Made by a program: the position numbers and the translations under genes. Below, piece by piece: positions 51,101 through 62,929 of a DNA stretch of 64,000 bases. How positions within the stretch are numbered: the stretch's first letter is position 1; each line of letters opens with the position of its first letter. Source of the DNA: Sphagnum compactum (Eukaryota). The stretch is taken from the NCBI GenBank assembly GCA_965153455.1, contig OZ234493.1:18280213-18344212 (forward strand). The letters run 5' to 3'. Under the pieces are notes generated by a model. It saw nothing but the letters and a program-made list of their open reading frames with translations, ran no database searches and was not told the origin of the DNA.

Positions 51101-53986
51101 TCCATTGGAATATTTATGGGATTCATATGATTGAATAATTTAGTCTAAGTATCAACAAATAATGTCACAATTAATGAATTACCAAAAAAATATTTCAAAT
51201 AATGTAAATGATTAATTATCATATTTAAATAATCATTTATTTCTTAATATTAATTAATTGATTATTTGGTTGAACCTTAATTATTCAGATAATTAAAATT
51301 TAGATTTAAAAATCAAATTGATATTTTGATATTTAATTTATTATCTTAATTAAATTTTTTATGTTGATAAGTTATTCAAATCATTATTTTAGATAATGAT
51401 TCATGATAATTAATTTTCATAAAATTAATTTAGGTATATAAAAAGACATATTTTGGGTACCCAAACCACTTATTGGTTATTTGAAATGACCTTACATGTG
51501 GGTATTGCATTTAGGGTTGACCTTTCATTTAAGGCTGATTAAATTACTTATGGATTTTTTGATTATTTCGAAATGAACTTGCATTTAGGTATTGCATATA
51601 GGCCTTAGTTTTCATTCAAAGGACACCCAAACTACATATTGGTTATTTTGAAATGACCCTACATGTGGATATTGCGTTTAAGGTTGGGTCTGCAACTCAG
51701 GTTACTTAAATCACCTATGGGTTATATTGAAATGAATTTGAATATGGGTATTACATTTAGGGCTACGTATTCATATAATTTTATAATACCTGCACACATA
51801 TTTATTTTCATCAATTACAAATTTGGCTTTAATTTTTTGAATAATTAAATAAAATTTGTAACAAAACACAAAAGAAGGTATGTCTTTTACCATTTGGTCA
51901 TATTTCCAAGCTGAGTTCTTTCACTTAAAAAAGAAAGAAATATAATGACATTGCATTGTTTTACATATGTTTAAGCCCTAAAAATTCTGCCAAAAATGCA
52001 TCGTAGATTTATTTTAATTATTATAGAATTGTAAAAAAAATGTTAATTAATTTATGTGTCCCAACCTCTAAACCTAAACCATAATTCTAACATCAAATAA
52101 TAAATTTTACATTAAACCCTAACCCTTTGTACCATCAATGTGACCAATTTTTCATTATGTTTATTTTTATATATGTTAGATCATACTATTAGGTGAACAA
52201 ATAATTTTGAAAACATGAATCTCATGATGGATTGGTGGGGAATCAAATATTTAAAAAATATTTTTATGTTTCATGGTTAATGAATTATCACAATATGATA
52301 CGAATATTGCATTTAAATTAAAGAGGGTTAAGAAATATTGAACTTTAACAATTATGGAACATATGGGAACAAAGGAGATTCATAATTGTGGTATAGATCT
52401 AAACAAGTGATAGGATCAAAAACTAATACAATGAGCAAAGTCTAGAGTATAAACCTTAAGCTTTGATATGTATGAACCGAATTCTTAAACATTAAATCAT
52501 AAGGCATAACCTTAAAAATCGAAATGATATTTTTCCATAAGCAATATTACAACTTTAACTATACAAACCCTAACAAAAAAAAGTCTTAGTGACATATGCC
52601 CTAAACCCAAAAAATTATGCAAAACATACAAATTATATAATGTAAAACATTTTTTTTAAAATTAGAAAATAAATTTTAAAGCTTTTAAACTACAAAGATT
52701 TGCCGACTAAAAAAAAACCTTAATTTTAAAAAACAATCAAATAAATTTCGTAAAAAACCAGAAGAGAAATTATGTTTGTTACCTTTGTGTGATCTCTCCA
52801 AGCTAATTTTTTTCCACTTTATTTGAAGAAGATATAGAATGAAATTATATTATTTCACCTATGTCCAAACCCTAAAAAATTTCCCCCAAATTTAGTTTAG
52901 TTTAGGTTAATTACTATAAATTTGTGAAAAACTTGCTAACTAATTTATGTGTTCCAACCTTAAACTTAAACCATAATTTAATAATACATACTTATAATAA
53001 TTACATGAAAAGACGTATTATAATGTCCATTCCATAAATAAATTAGGTAAAGAAAATTTTGTAAAGTATGAATTAATTAAACCAAAATGGTTGCAATTAT
53101 GACATTGTTTCCATTATAAATTGTTTATAATACCTACATATGGGGACCTATGTTCATCATCCATGAACTAGGGCAAACCTTAATAAATTGATAAATAGGA
53201 TTAAGGGGGGGTGGAAAAAGTGAATAAGTAATTAAGTAGGTATTTGGCAATGTAAAAAACATAGGTAGGTAAGTAAACGTAGTGGTAGGTAGGAAAGTGG
53301 GTGCATAGGTAGGTAAATAGGTATATAGGTAGGTAGTTGGGTTGGTAGGTAAGTTAATAAAGTAAAAAAGAATTTCAAGAAACAAGGTAAATAGGTTACT
53401 AAGGTAGGTAGGCATGTAGGTAGGCAAGTTAGTAGGTAGGAAAAAAATTATTCTAGCAATGTAGCGAGGTAGATAAATTAGTATATAGGAAACAAAATAC
53501 CTTATCAAGGTGGCTAAGTTTGTAGAATATTTATGTCAATAGGGTGGTTGTGTATATAGGGTTGTTAAATAGTAAGGTAGCTAGGTTAATAAGGTACGTG
53601 TTAGTACAATGGTTAGGTCAGTAGGGAAGCTAAATCAATAGGGTATGTAGTCAACAGGGTAGCTAGGTTAGGAGGGTAGGTAGTTAATATAATAGTTAGG
53701 TTAGTAAGATAACTAGTTATTAAGGTAGTTATGTCAGTAGGGGATAATTAATAAGGTACCAAGGTTGATGGAGTACTTATGAGAGTAGGAAAATGAATAG
53801 GGTAACTATGTGTGAGGTCAAGTTTAAGAAAAAACAATAAAAAACAAACCCCCCAAAAAAAAACATTGGTCAGCAACGAAAATAAATGGACTGTGATGAA
53901 CCTCATATGGTGTCAAATGGAAAAATGCAGCCCATCTAGTGAACAGAATGGCCAATTGATGCATTGGTGGTTGAACCATTCTGCCC
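48130..53986. mobile_element. Internally deleted (transposase-less) MULE element with 9-bp TSD
   Basis: Termini GGTTGGAGTGAACCAGCAGCCACCAGTGCACCAGTT ... AATTGATGCATTGGTGGTTGAACCATTCTGCCC. Perfect TSD CTTCCCAGT at 48121-48129 and 53987-53995. Removing the element rejoins the patatin pseudogene sequence. Confidence 0.85.
49097..50290 (+). pseudogene. Decayed MULE accessory ORF (C2H2 zinc-finger protein), copy in element 1
   Basis: KDKEWMKVGSKWKCKVSTCIVAYFVKWLLSKHL-EVHGLV..KMAWDVKNWDQESTKASRTQKLT is homologous to the minus-strand ORFs at 62930-63600; stops and frameshifts present. Confidence 0.65.
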
Positions 53987-56214
53987 CTTCCCAGTGGTGT
54001 TGTCTTGCCACCAATTCAAGACTCAGTATAATAGGCCAGAGTGAACCAGCAGCCACCAATGCACTAGTTGGTCGTTTTGTCCACTAGATGAGTTGTGTTT
54101 TTTCATTCTGCGCCGGATGGGGTTCATCACAGTCCATTTCTTTTTGTTGCTGACCACTGTATTTATTTATTTATTTATTTATTTTGTTCTTAGCCTTTTT
54201 TCCCTTGGACCTAACCTCACACATAGCTACCCTGTTCACTTTCCTACCCTCATAAGTATTGCACCAACCTTGGTACCTTATTTATTATCCCCTATTGACA
54301 CAACTACCCTAATAATTAGTTATCCTGTTGACCTAGCTACTATATTAACCACCTACCCTACTAACCTAGCTACCCTATTAATTACATACCTTACCAACTT
54401 AACCACTATATTAACTACCTACCCTATTGACCTAGCTACCCTACATACACAACCACCCTATTGACATAAGTATTTTACAAACCTAGTCACCTTGATAAGG
54501 TAACTTGTTTCTTATGTACTAACTTGCCTATCTACCTAACTACCTATTTATCTATGTTTTTTACATAACCAAATACCTAATTAACTACCTACTCACTTTT
54601 TCCACCCCACCCCCCCCTCAATCCTACCTATCAATTTATTAAAGTTTGCCCACATGTAAGTATGATAAACAATTTATAGTGGAAACAATGCCATAATTGC
54701 ATCCATTTTGGTTTAGTTAATGCATATTTTACTAAATTTTGTTTACCTAATTTATTATTGAATGGACATTATAATATTTCTTTTCATGTAATTATTATAA
54801 GTATGTACTATTGGATTATGGTTTAGGTTTAGGGTTGAGACACATAAATTAGTTAATAAATGTTTCACAAATGTATAGTAATTAATCTAAAGTAGGCTAA
54901 ATTTGGGGGGAAATTTTTAGGGTTTACACATATGTGAAGTAATACGATTACATTCTATATCTTCTTAAAAAAGAGTGGGAAAAATTAGCTTGGAGATATC
55001 ACACAAAGGTAAAAGACATATCTTCTCTTTTGGTTTTGTACAAAATTTATTTGATTGTTTTCAAAGATTAACATATTTTCTTTCAATCATTAAATATTTA
55101 TAATATAAAACCTTTAAATTTTTGTTTCCAAATTTTTTCCTATGTTCTTTTAAATTTGTTTATTTTGCATTATATAATTTGTATAGTTTGTATAGTTTTT
55201 TGGGTTTAGAACATATATCACTAAGACTTTTTTTGTTAGGGTTTGTATAGTTAGGGTTGTAATAAGGCTTATGGCACAATATCATTTGGATTTCTAGGAT
55301 TATGCTTTATGATTTAGTGTATAGAAATTTGGTTCATATATTTCAAAACCTAAGGTTTATACTTTAAATTTTGCTCATTGTATTGGTTTTTGATCTTATC
55401 ACTTGTTTATATCTATACCATAATTATGAATCTCCTTTGTTTCCATATGTTCCATAGTTGTTAGAGTTTAATATTTTCTAACCCATTTTTGTACGAGTTA
55501 TGATTTTTTAAGGTTGTTTTCAATTAGGATTATAAACTTTGGTGGAACATTGTCATCTTTTATTCCTAAAGGTATGCATTTGTCTCTTGTTACTTCTTTT
55601 GTTGTTTTATTTATATTTTCATAATTCAACCTATTTTCATTTCATAGTTATTGGATATAAAAAGGGCGTCAAATTTCATTAAGTATACAACCATAAATAA
55701 AGGTTTTATACCTTTACATGGATATTTCATATTCAATATCTCTTTTTAGTTTATTTTTTCATACCCATATGTGAATAATGCATTGACTCCCCACAACCAG
55801 CGTGGGTTTTATGGCTGAAGGCAGGTATTGCATTTTGCACCTCTCAAACAATGTGCATTAATTATCATTATGTGGGTATTGCTACATGGGGTTTTTAGAC
55901 ATTGTGAGTTTAAGGTACAATCCGGGTATTGCATATGTGAACATTTTCAATGATGGAAGGTTTAATAGCTCAATTTGGGTATTCCCAAAGTTTTTTTTAG
56001 TATATGGGTTCATAATGCAAGTATTGTATGTTATGTACATTGTAAAAATAGGTATTTTATATCATGATATGGGTATTGTAATGGGAATTCCAAGTCACAA
56101 CATTGATTTTAAAGGAGCCATGTATGGATTGCATTTTGGGTTTTTGTTCAATGACGAATGTTTATAAAATTATAAATTCTCTTGGTGCAAGAATTTGTCC
56201 TACTTCCTTCAATC

Positions 56215-58897
56215 ATGAAAAGTGTTCTAAAATCTCATTCCATTCATGTCCAAAACCCCACCAAGTCCCCTTTCTCAAACAAAGTGTTGGTGTGGACGTC
56301 CGGGATACACCATGGAGGGCAAAATAAAGTGATCATTCAATTTGCTTACGTTCCATATGCTCACATCTCAGAATTCTTGGAAGGTGAACAAGGGGATACG
56401 AGCACCCCTATGGAATGGAATGTTTACAAAAACTTTCCAAGCCAAACGGATGTCAAGCAACCAACTATCAAAAACCACTTCGGGCATACATGGTAAATAT
56501 TTATGGCATTAACCTTTTTAATTTCTTTAATTCATATACCAAAGATGTAATCCTTTACGTTTTGAAAGTTTTTTGGTCTGGGTATCAATGTGGATATGGA
56601 CCAGAGGACTATCGGGAAAACTCAACCCACACTCGATCTATTAAACGAGGATGCCTAGCGTCATTCTCAATCAAATGTCTATACACACGACCTGATGTGG
56701 CTGAGATCACAATTTATCATAAAGCGCATACATGAATTGATGGGTCATTCGCACATGGTGAGCATGACCCAGAATCCATTTCTCGTATGTTTCGTTATGC
56801 TCCATGCATGTCATAAGCATTGAAGGACCACATATGGGCCCAACTAAGCTTAGGTTAACAACCAAACAAATATATGACAAGCATAAAACAATTTGGTGGG
56901 AAGGTGTGAATGCGGGTCAAAGCATGACACGAGATGATTTCATTCGGCTTTAACACATTGCATATTTGGATCAGAAACATAAAAAAGGGAGTTGGCATTT
57001 ACACACCAACCCTGTAATTTCAATTCGGTTTTGGGCTCTCCAACATCCGGAAGATGTGTTCTTTTCCAAGATGTTGGTGAAATCAATGGGACTGAAGTCC
57101 CATTCACCATAGGTATTCAAACACCAACTCAATGTGAGTCCATGCTATCATATGGTCACAATGCTGCCATTTCTATGTATGCCACATTTCGCACAAATGA
57201 CATGAATTCCATCTATTCACCTTGATGGGGTTTGATGATCATCGCACGGGTGTCCCTTGAGCTTGGATCATTACAAGTAGGCAAACAGTTCAGGATTTGA
57301 TCAAATGGTTAAAACCATTAAAAGAGAAGATGTTATCACACATGCCACATTGGAAACCATCATGTTTTTTTGTTGATGATGCACTTCAAGAATTGAAGGC
57401 AATACGGTTAGTTCTGTACTTAGTACCTACTTTGTGTTTATTTCCTTAAATGTTTTTTAATATATTTCATAATTACTTCAAATGCATTTTATGTTGTACT
57501 AACCCCATCCACTCATGGAGATTTTATTGCATATGTGTCCTTATTAGGGTCGTATGGGGTATGGACAAGGTTCCCATCTACCTTTGTTGTCGGCATGTTC
57601 TCAAAGCATGGCACTTACGTGGTACTGAAAAAATCAAAGATGTGGAAGTGTGAGGTGGAATCCTTTAAGACCTTCATGATGTGATCTACATGTCCATCAA
57701 TCATGGAGAAACAATTGATGACTTCAAAGAGCATGGGAGGGTTGCTGTGAGATAAAACCTTCATAAACATAGGCCTGGTGATGGGTGGACAAATTATTTC
57801 TGGACTTATTACCATCAGTTTAGTAAGTGATAATATTTATCATGGTTTAGTAATCAAAATTATTTTATATAATGTTATTCATCCTTATGTATTATGTTTA
57901 TGTTTGCAAAATTATGGATGGTGGGTGTTCGAAGAGTGCCCCATTCCAACCAAGACACCTAAGCGAGCATTGAATCATATCATGGTGCGTTGAAATGTTG
58001 GCTTGTTCTTAACACAAAAGGCCTTAGAAGGCGTAGGATTGATTAGTTGGTGTGGCGATTAACAACAACCATTGCACGCCATTACATGCACACATTGGAA
58101 ATGAAAAAAAGGGGTTTCATAAAAAACAAGGTTATGGAGGCGATTATTACACGAAGTGTGGAAAAGGCAGCCCTTATTCCACTCACCCATGTGAACCAAC
58201 CAACCCTTGAGAGTGATGGAGCTTGGGGCGTACAAAGCCAACACCTTCCCAATGTTATTTATGTGGTGAAATCCCATTCACCGAAATATTTTGTTGCACA
58301 TGTGAATGGGCATTGCGAAAGAACATGTGTAAACACCAAATTGTGGTCATACTCACATGCATAGACATTTCTCAAGAGGATATCATTCATTACTGTGGAA
58401 CATGGTATGGATCACATCATGGAGGGTTGGGTCACATGTTTGTGGACCCACGACATATTCCAGATGATATGGAGTCCAATGATGATGATGAAGATGAACA
58501 TCTTGAAGGTGATGATGGGATCATGGAATTTGATGGGCTCATGAACATGGAGCAAAATGATCTCCCTATGGGTGTCATTGTAGGGTTTAATGACACAATA
58601 AATTCATCGACCCCAATGGAAAGGGCTCTTACACAATTGGTCACTATAGTGCAAGAGATCACAAATGAATGTAAAGAAGGCGATGTGACACTTTGTGAAC
58701 ATGCCACCTCACACCTGAGAGTATTGGCATGTAATATTCGTAACATACGCCTCACAAAGGCAAATGCAATTTCACACCCAAGATTGGTGTTACACCGCGT
58801 AGAAGGTGGATTGGGAAATAGTGTCAAACGGCTCAAAGATTGGCATGAAACAATGTTCAATCACACAAATGTACGTACTAAACAATGTCACGAATAA
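56215..58897 (+). pseudogene. MULE DDE transposase with C-terminal SWIM zinc finger, intron-containing, decayed
   Basis: Motifs in order: IHVQNP, CGYGPEDY..KRGCLASFSIK (WRKY/GCM-like Zn domain), PFTIGIQT, ISMYATF (first D mutated to Y), GVPxAWII, FFVDD, LCCRHVLKAW (CxxH), NQDTxASIESYHGALK (E) and CTCEWALRKNMCKH (SWIM). Intron-like gaps at ~56493-56580, ~57407-57547 and ~57822-57910; stops and frameshifts present. Confidence 0.85.
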
Positions 58898-59119
58898 ATG
58901 TCTCAATTACTAATCAAGATTATTGCCATTGGCACTAAGAATTTTGCTTTATAATCAATTTTGTATGGAGGAAACCATAGCCCAAATTCTTTGAACATCA
59001 TGTATTCAACACACACATGAAGTTTAATATGGCACAAAGGTTATTATCGTTTCCCAGTAATAAGCACAAAAAGTGTGAAATGCAAAAACACAAGAATAAT
59101 GATAATATTAGTGTTAAAT

Positions 59120-59600
59120 GTAGGTATTGTAACTAGGCCCCAAAATCCCAGTTGGTAAATGTAAGTACAAGTGCAAGTATTGCAATGATGCCCCAAAATT
59201 CCAGTTGGTAAAGATAAGTACGGGTGTAGGTATTGCAATGAAACCCCAAAATTCCAGTTGGTGAGGTAAGTCCGAGTATTACAAGTTTAAATGAAAAATC
59301 AAGCCTAAATGCAATACCCATCTAAATGGTTTAGATACCTTTAAGTGAAGACCTAGTCCTAAACACAATATCCGCATGCAAAGTCACTTTGAAATAACCT
59401 AACCCTATATGCAATACTTGCATTCAAGGTCACTCCGAAAGTACGCATGTGGGGTTTAAGCTTTCTTTAAATGAAGATCCTACCCTAAATGCAATACCTG
59501 CATTTTGGGTCACTTCGAAAGTACGCATGTGGGGTTTAAGCCTTTTTAAATGAAGATCCTACCCTAAATGCAATACCTACATTTTGGGTCACTCCAAAAT
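59120..59600. repeat. 53-bp and ~80-bp tandem minisatellites built around RGTATTGCA/TGCAATACY
   Basis: CCCCAAAAT(C/T)CCAGTTGGT..GTATTGCA units (motif at 59123, 59176, 59229) and AAATGCAATACC..GGTCACT..GAAAGTACGCATGTGGGG units (59410, 59490, 59569). Confidence 0.85.
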
Positions 59601-62019
59601 AATTAGTTAATTTCAAAATAATATGCTAACAAAGGTGTGTATAGAGGTTGGGGTTGTTGATTAGGAGTTCCATGATTTTTACTTTGTTTCATGAATTTGA
59701 AAAGAGGTTGTATCGTTTGTGGAACAAATAGTACAATGACAATTGTCATGAAAAAGTTGAACTTATAATCTATAACATGGAATAATTACCTTAATTAATG
59801 ATTTCAATAACTTATTAAAACAAAATTATACTTAAGTTAATCAATCAAATATCAAATTAATTAATCTGATTTTTAGATCCAACTTTTTATTATCCAAATA
59901 AATAAAGTTACGCCAAATGATTAGTTAATTATTTTAAATAATAATGATTATTTAATTCTTGATAATTAATAATTTAAATTATCTGAAATATCGGTCTATT
60001 AATTATTTAATTATATGACAAAATTTATTGATAATTCATTAATTATCAGAAATATTTCATATTAAATTGGGGGGAAATTTTTAAGGTTTAGACATATGTG
60101 AAACAATACAATTTCATTCTATATCTTCTTCAAAGAGATTGGGAAAATTAGGTTAGAGTTGTCACACAAACGTAAGAAGCAAACCTTATGTGAAAACCCA
60201 ACCCTAAATGCAATACAAAGTTTGTCAAGATCAAAAAAAAAAGTTCAAGCTTAAAATTTCTTCGAATATGTTCATGTTTTTTTTTCCCCTTTTAAAGTTG
60301 TAAACTCATTTCAAGAAACATAAATATAAAGTTTCTAATTTAATAAAATTTTAAACTATGTTTTTAAAAAAATCAAAGCACATGATTTTCAATTTTTTTT
60401 TGTTTGTTTTACATAATAATAAAAATGATCTCTCCCATATATTAATCCTATGTTTGATTGAAATTTTATTTTATACTTTTCTGATATATAGTAAATAATT
60501 TCTTGGTTAAAATAATCATATAGCGGGTCAAAAATATTTTATATTTTATACATATATAACACACATCCTTATGTGAATTTTATTTTTTATGATGTATAAT
60601 ATTGGTTTAAATATTGGTCCAAATATATTGTTATTTATAACACAAATATATAAATAATGATATTATGGAATTATATTGTTGATTCATTTCAATACATATA
60701 TTTTCATATTTATTTAAAATAAAAATTATATATATATATAAACCTATGGTTACGTATATTGCAATTGTTCTTAATGAATTTTGTTTTTAATGCGAATTTC
60801 AAAATTTCAAAAGATTAATAGCTAGGTATGAAAATGTTCATAAGCTCTTAGACGCCATGCTAGAGTTTGTGTGGATTTTAAAAGCTTTGTGAAGGCCAAG
60901 TTATGTAATGTTTTCGACACCTTTAGAAGCTGAAACATGACTCGACTATCCAAAAAACACAATAGTGTTCATAAAAAAACAACCAAGAATCTATAGCCTT
61001 GACAAATTACTAATTTCAACAAAAGCTCATTGCCAAGGTTATCAAATTGACTAAAGTGTTGACATTAACCAAACTAAACAACTTAGCCTAAACATGAGTA
61101 ATAGGTTAGTAAGTTATTTGTTAAGTAATCTAATTAACTACCTAATAGGCTACCTACGCAATATAGGCCTATTATGTAGTTTGTTCATTAGTGTAGGCCT
61201 TCTAGGTTAATATCTTAGATGGTCTATGTAGGTATTGAAGGTGGTTGAGTTTATTAAGTAAACATATTAGTTATATAAGTAGTTTACTAGCCTAGGCCAC
61301 ATAAGCCTAATAAGCGTTTATGATAGTTTAAAGTCTAATCCTTATTATGTTATAACATATTAAATTTGAATTAAAAAAATTTAAAAAAACACATTTTTCC
61401 ATATAATTGTTATAAGTATATATTATTGGAATATGATTCTAATTTAGAGCTTGGGAAACCCTAAATTAATTAACATTTATTTACAAGTCCATAGTAAATA
61501 AAATAAATCTAAGGTGAATTTTAAGGGGAATTTTATATGCAAAACAATGTAATATATATTTTTAAAGAAAGTGAAAAAGATCAGCTTGGAGATATTAACA
61601 AATGGTAAGAGACATACCTTCTTTTGTGTTTTGTTACAAATTTTATTTAGTTATTAAAAAAATTTAAGGCTAAATTTGTAATTGTTGAAAGTAAGTATGT
61701 GTGTGGATATTGCAAAATTATGAAACCTTAACCCTAAATGCAATAGCTATATTCAAGTTCATTTCAAAATAACCCATAAGTGAATAAAGTAAAACCTGTA
61801 ATGAAAGGGCAACCTTAAATGCAATACCCACATGTAAGGTCGCTTTGAAATACTCAATATGTAGTTTGGGTGCGCCTCTGAATGAAGACCAAAGCCTAGA
61901 TGCAATACCCACATGTAACATCATTTCAAAATAGTTAATAAGTGGTATGGGTATCTAAAATATGTTTTTTTATATACTTAAATTAATTATTATTTTGAAT
62001 TAATTTTATGACAAACTAC

Positions 62020-62235
62020 AAGTTTTGCAATGAATGTACAAAACAAGCAACTATTATGGGACCTATATGTAGGTATTGCAAGGAATGTAAAAAACCAGCG
62101 ACTATTATGGGACCAATATGTGAGTATTGTAAGGAATGTAAAAAACTAGCAATTACTATGGGACCCATATGTGGGTATTGCAATGAATGTAAAATGCCAG
62201 CGACTATTATGGGACCCATATGCAGGTATTGCATA
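62020..62235. repeat. 51-bp tandem minisatellite (~4 units)
   Basis: GTATTGCAA.GAATGTAAAAA..CAGC.ACTATTATGGGACC.ATATGT units, with the motif at 62072, 62123, 62174 and 62225. Confidence 0.9.
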
Positions 62236-62929
62236 TTTGAAAATGGCGTTATGGAATTTATAATAGAAAATGATGTAGGTATTATATTTTCAAGATGTGT
62301 GTATTGTTTTAAAAGTCTAATGTGAGTCCTATTACATTAGATGTAAGTATTGCACAATATTCATTTTAATCTTTGTAGACCTTAGACAAATTAATGTTAC
62401 TTATTCATATGGGCCTATTTAAGGTTTGATTCTTACATCTCAAGTACTAAGAAAATTATGACAAAGAAGACATATATGATTAATCATATACCGATCAAAC
62501 AAATGTGACTAAAAGATAATATAATATTGATAAAAGATGTACAAAAATGGGTGGATGAAAAATTACCAAAGAACCCAATGAAAAAAAAAGGTTTTTTATA
62601 ACACACCAAAGGACCAAAGTTCAAAAATTGGGTAATCCAAAAAATAAAAGGGTTGAAAAACGTAGCTAACTATATAAAGTGAAACCCTAAACCATATCAG
62701 TATTTATAATCCTATGTTTAGCTTGGTAAGCAACTACTGCATTTGTAGCCTTTACTGCATAACGAGCAATGTAGAAATGGCAGCATTGCATTTCAGCCTG
62801 AATTGCATTTGCAACAAATTTTTCTTTTGTTTTGTCCTAAACCCTAACACACCTTGGATGAAATAAAATTATAAAAAAAACAAGAAACATTGATTATTAT
62901 TGTTTTTTTGCCTTCCATGAATCATTCTA

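Noticed and set aside
48119-53998. Apparent 14-bp TSD (CCCTTCCCAGTGGT)
   Set aside because: Aligning the three termini (GGTTGGAGTG, GGCCAGAGTG, GGGCAGAATG) shows the extra bases belong to the TIRs or match by chance; the TSD is the 9-bp CTTCCCAGT.
53134-54464. Thr/Tyr/Leu/Pro-rich ORFs 53134-53508 and 54093-54464
   Set aside because: Translations of subterminal low-complexity repeats.
55824-56080. CRISPR-like repeat/unique-spacer pattern
   Set aside because: The repeat is only ~9 bp, the context is a eukaryotic TE and there are no cas genes; reported instead as a motif array.
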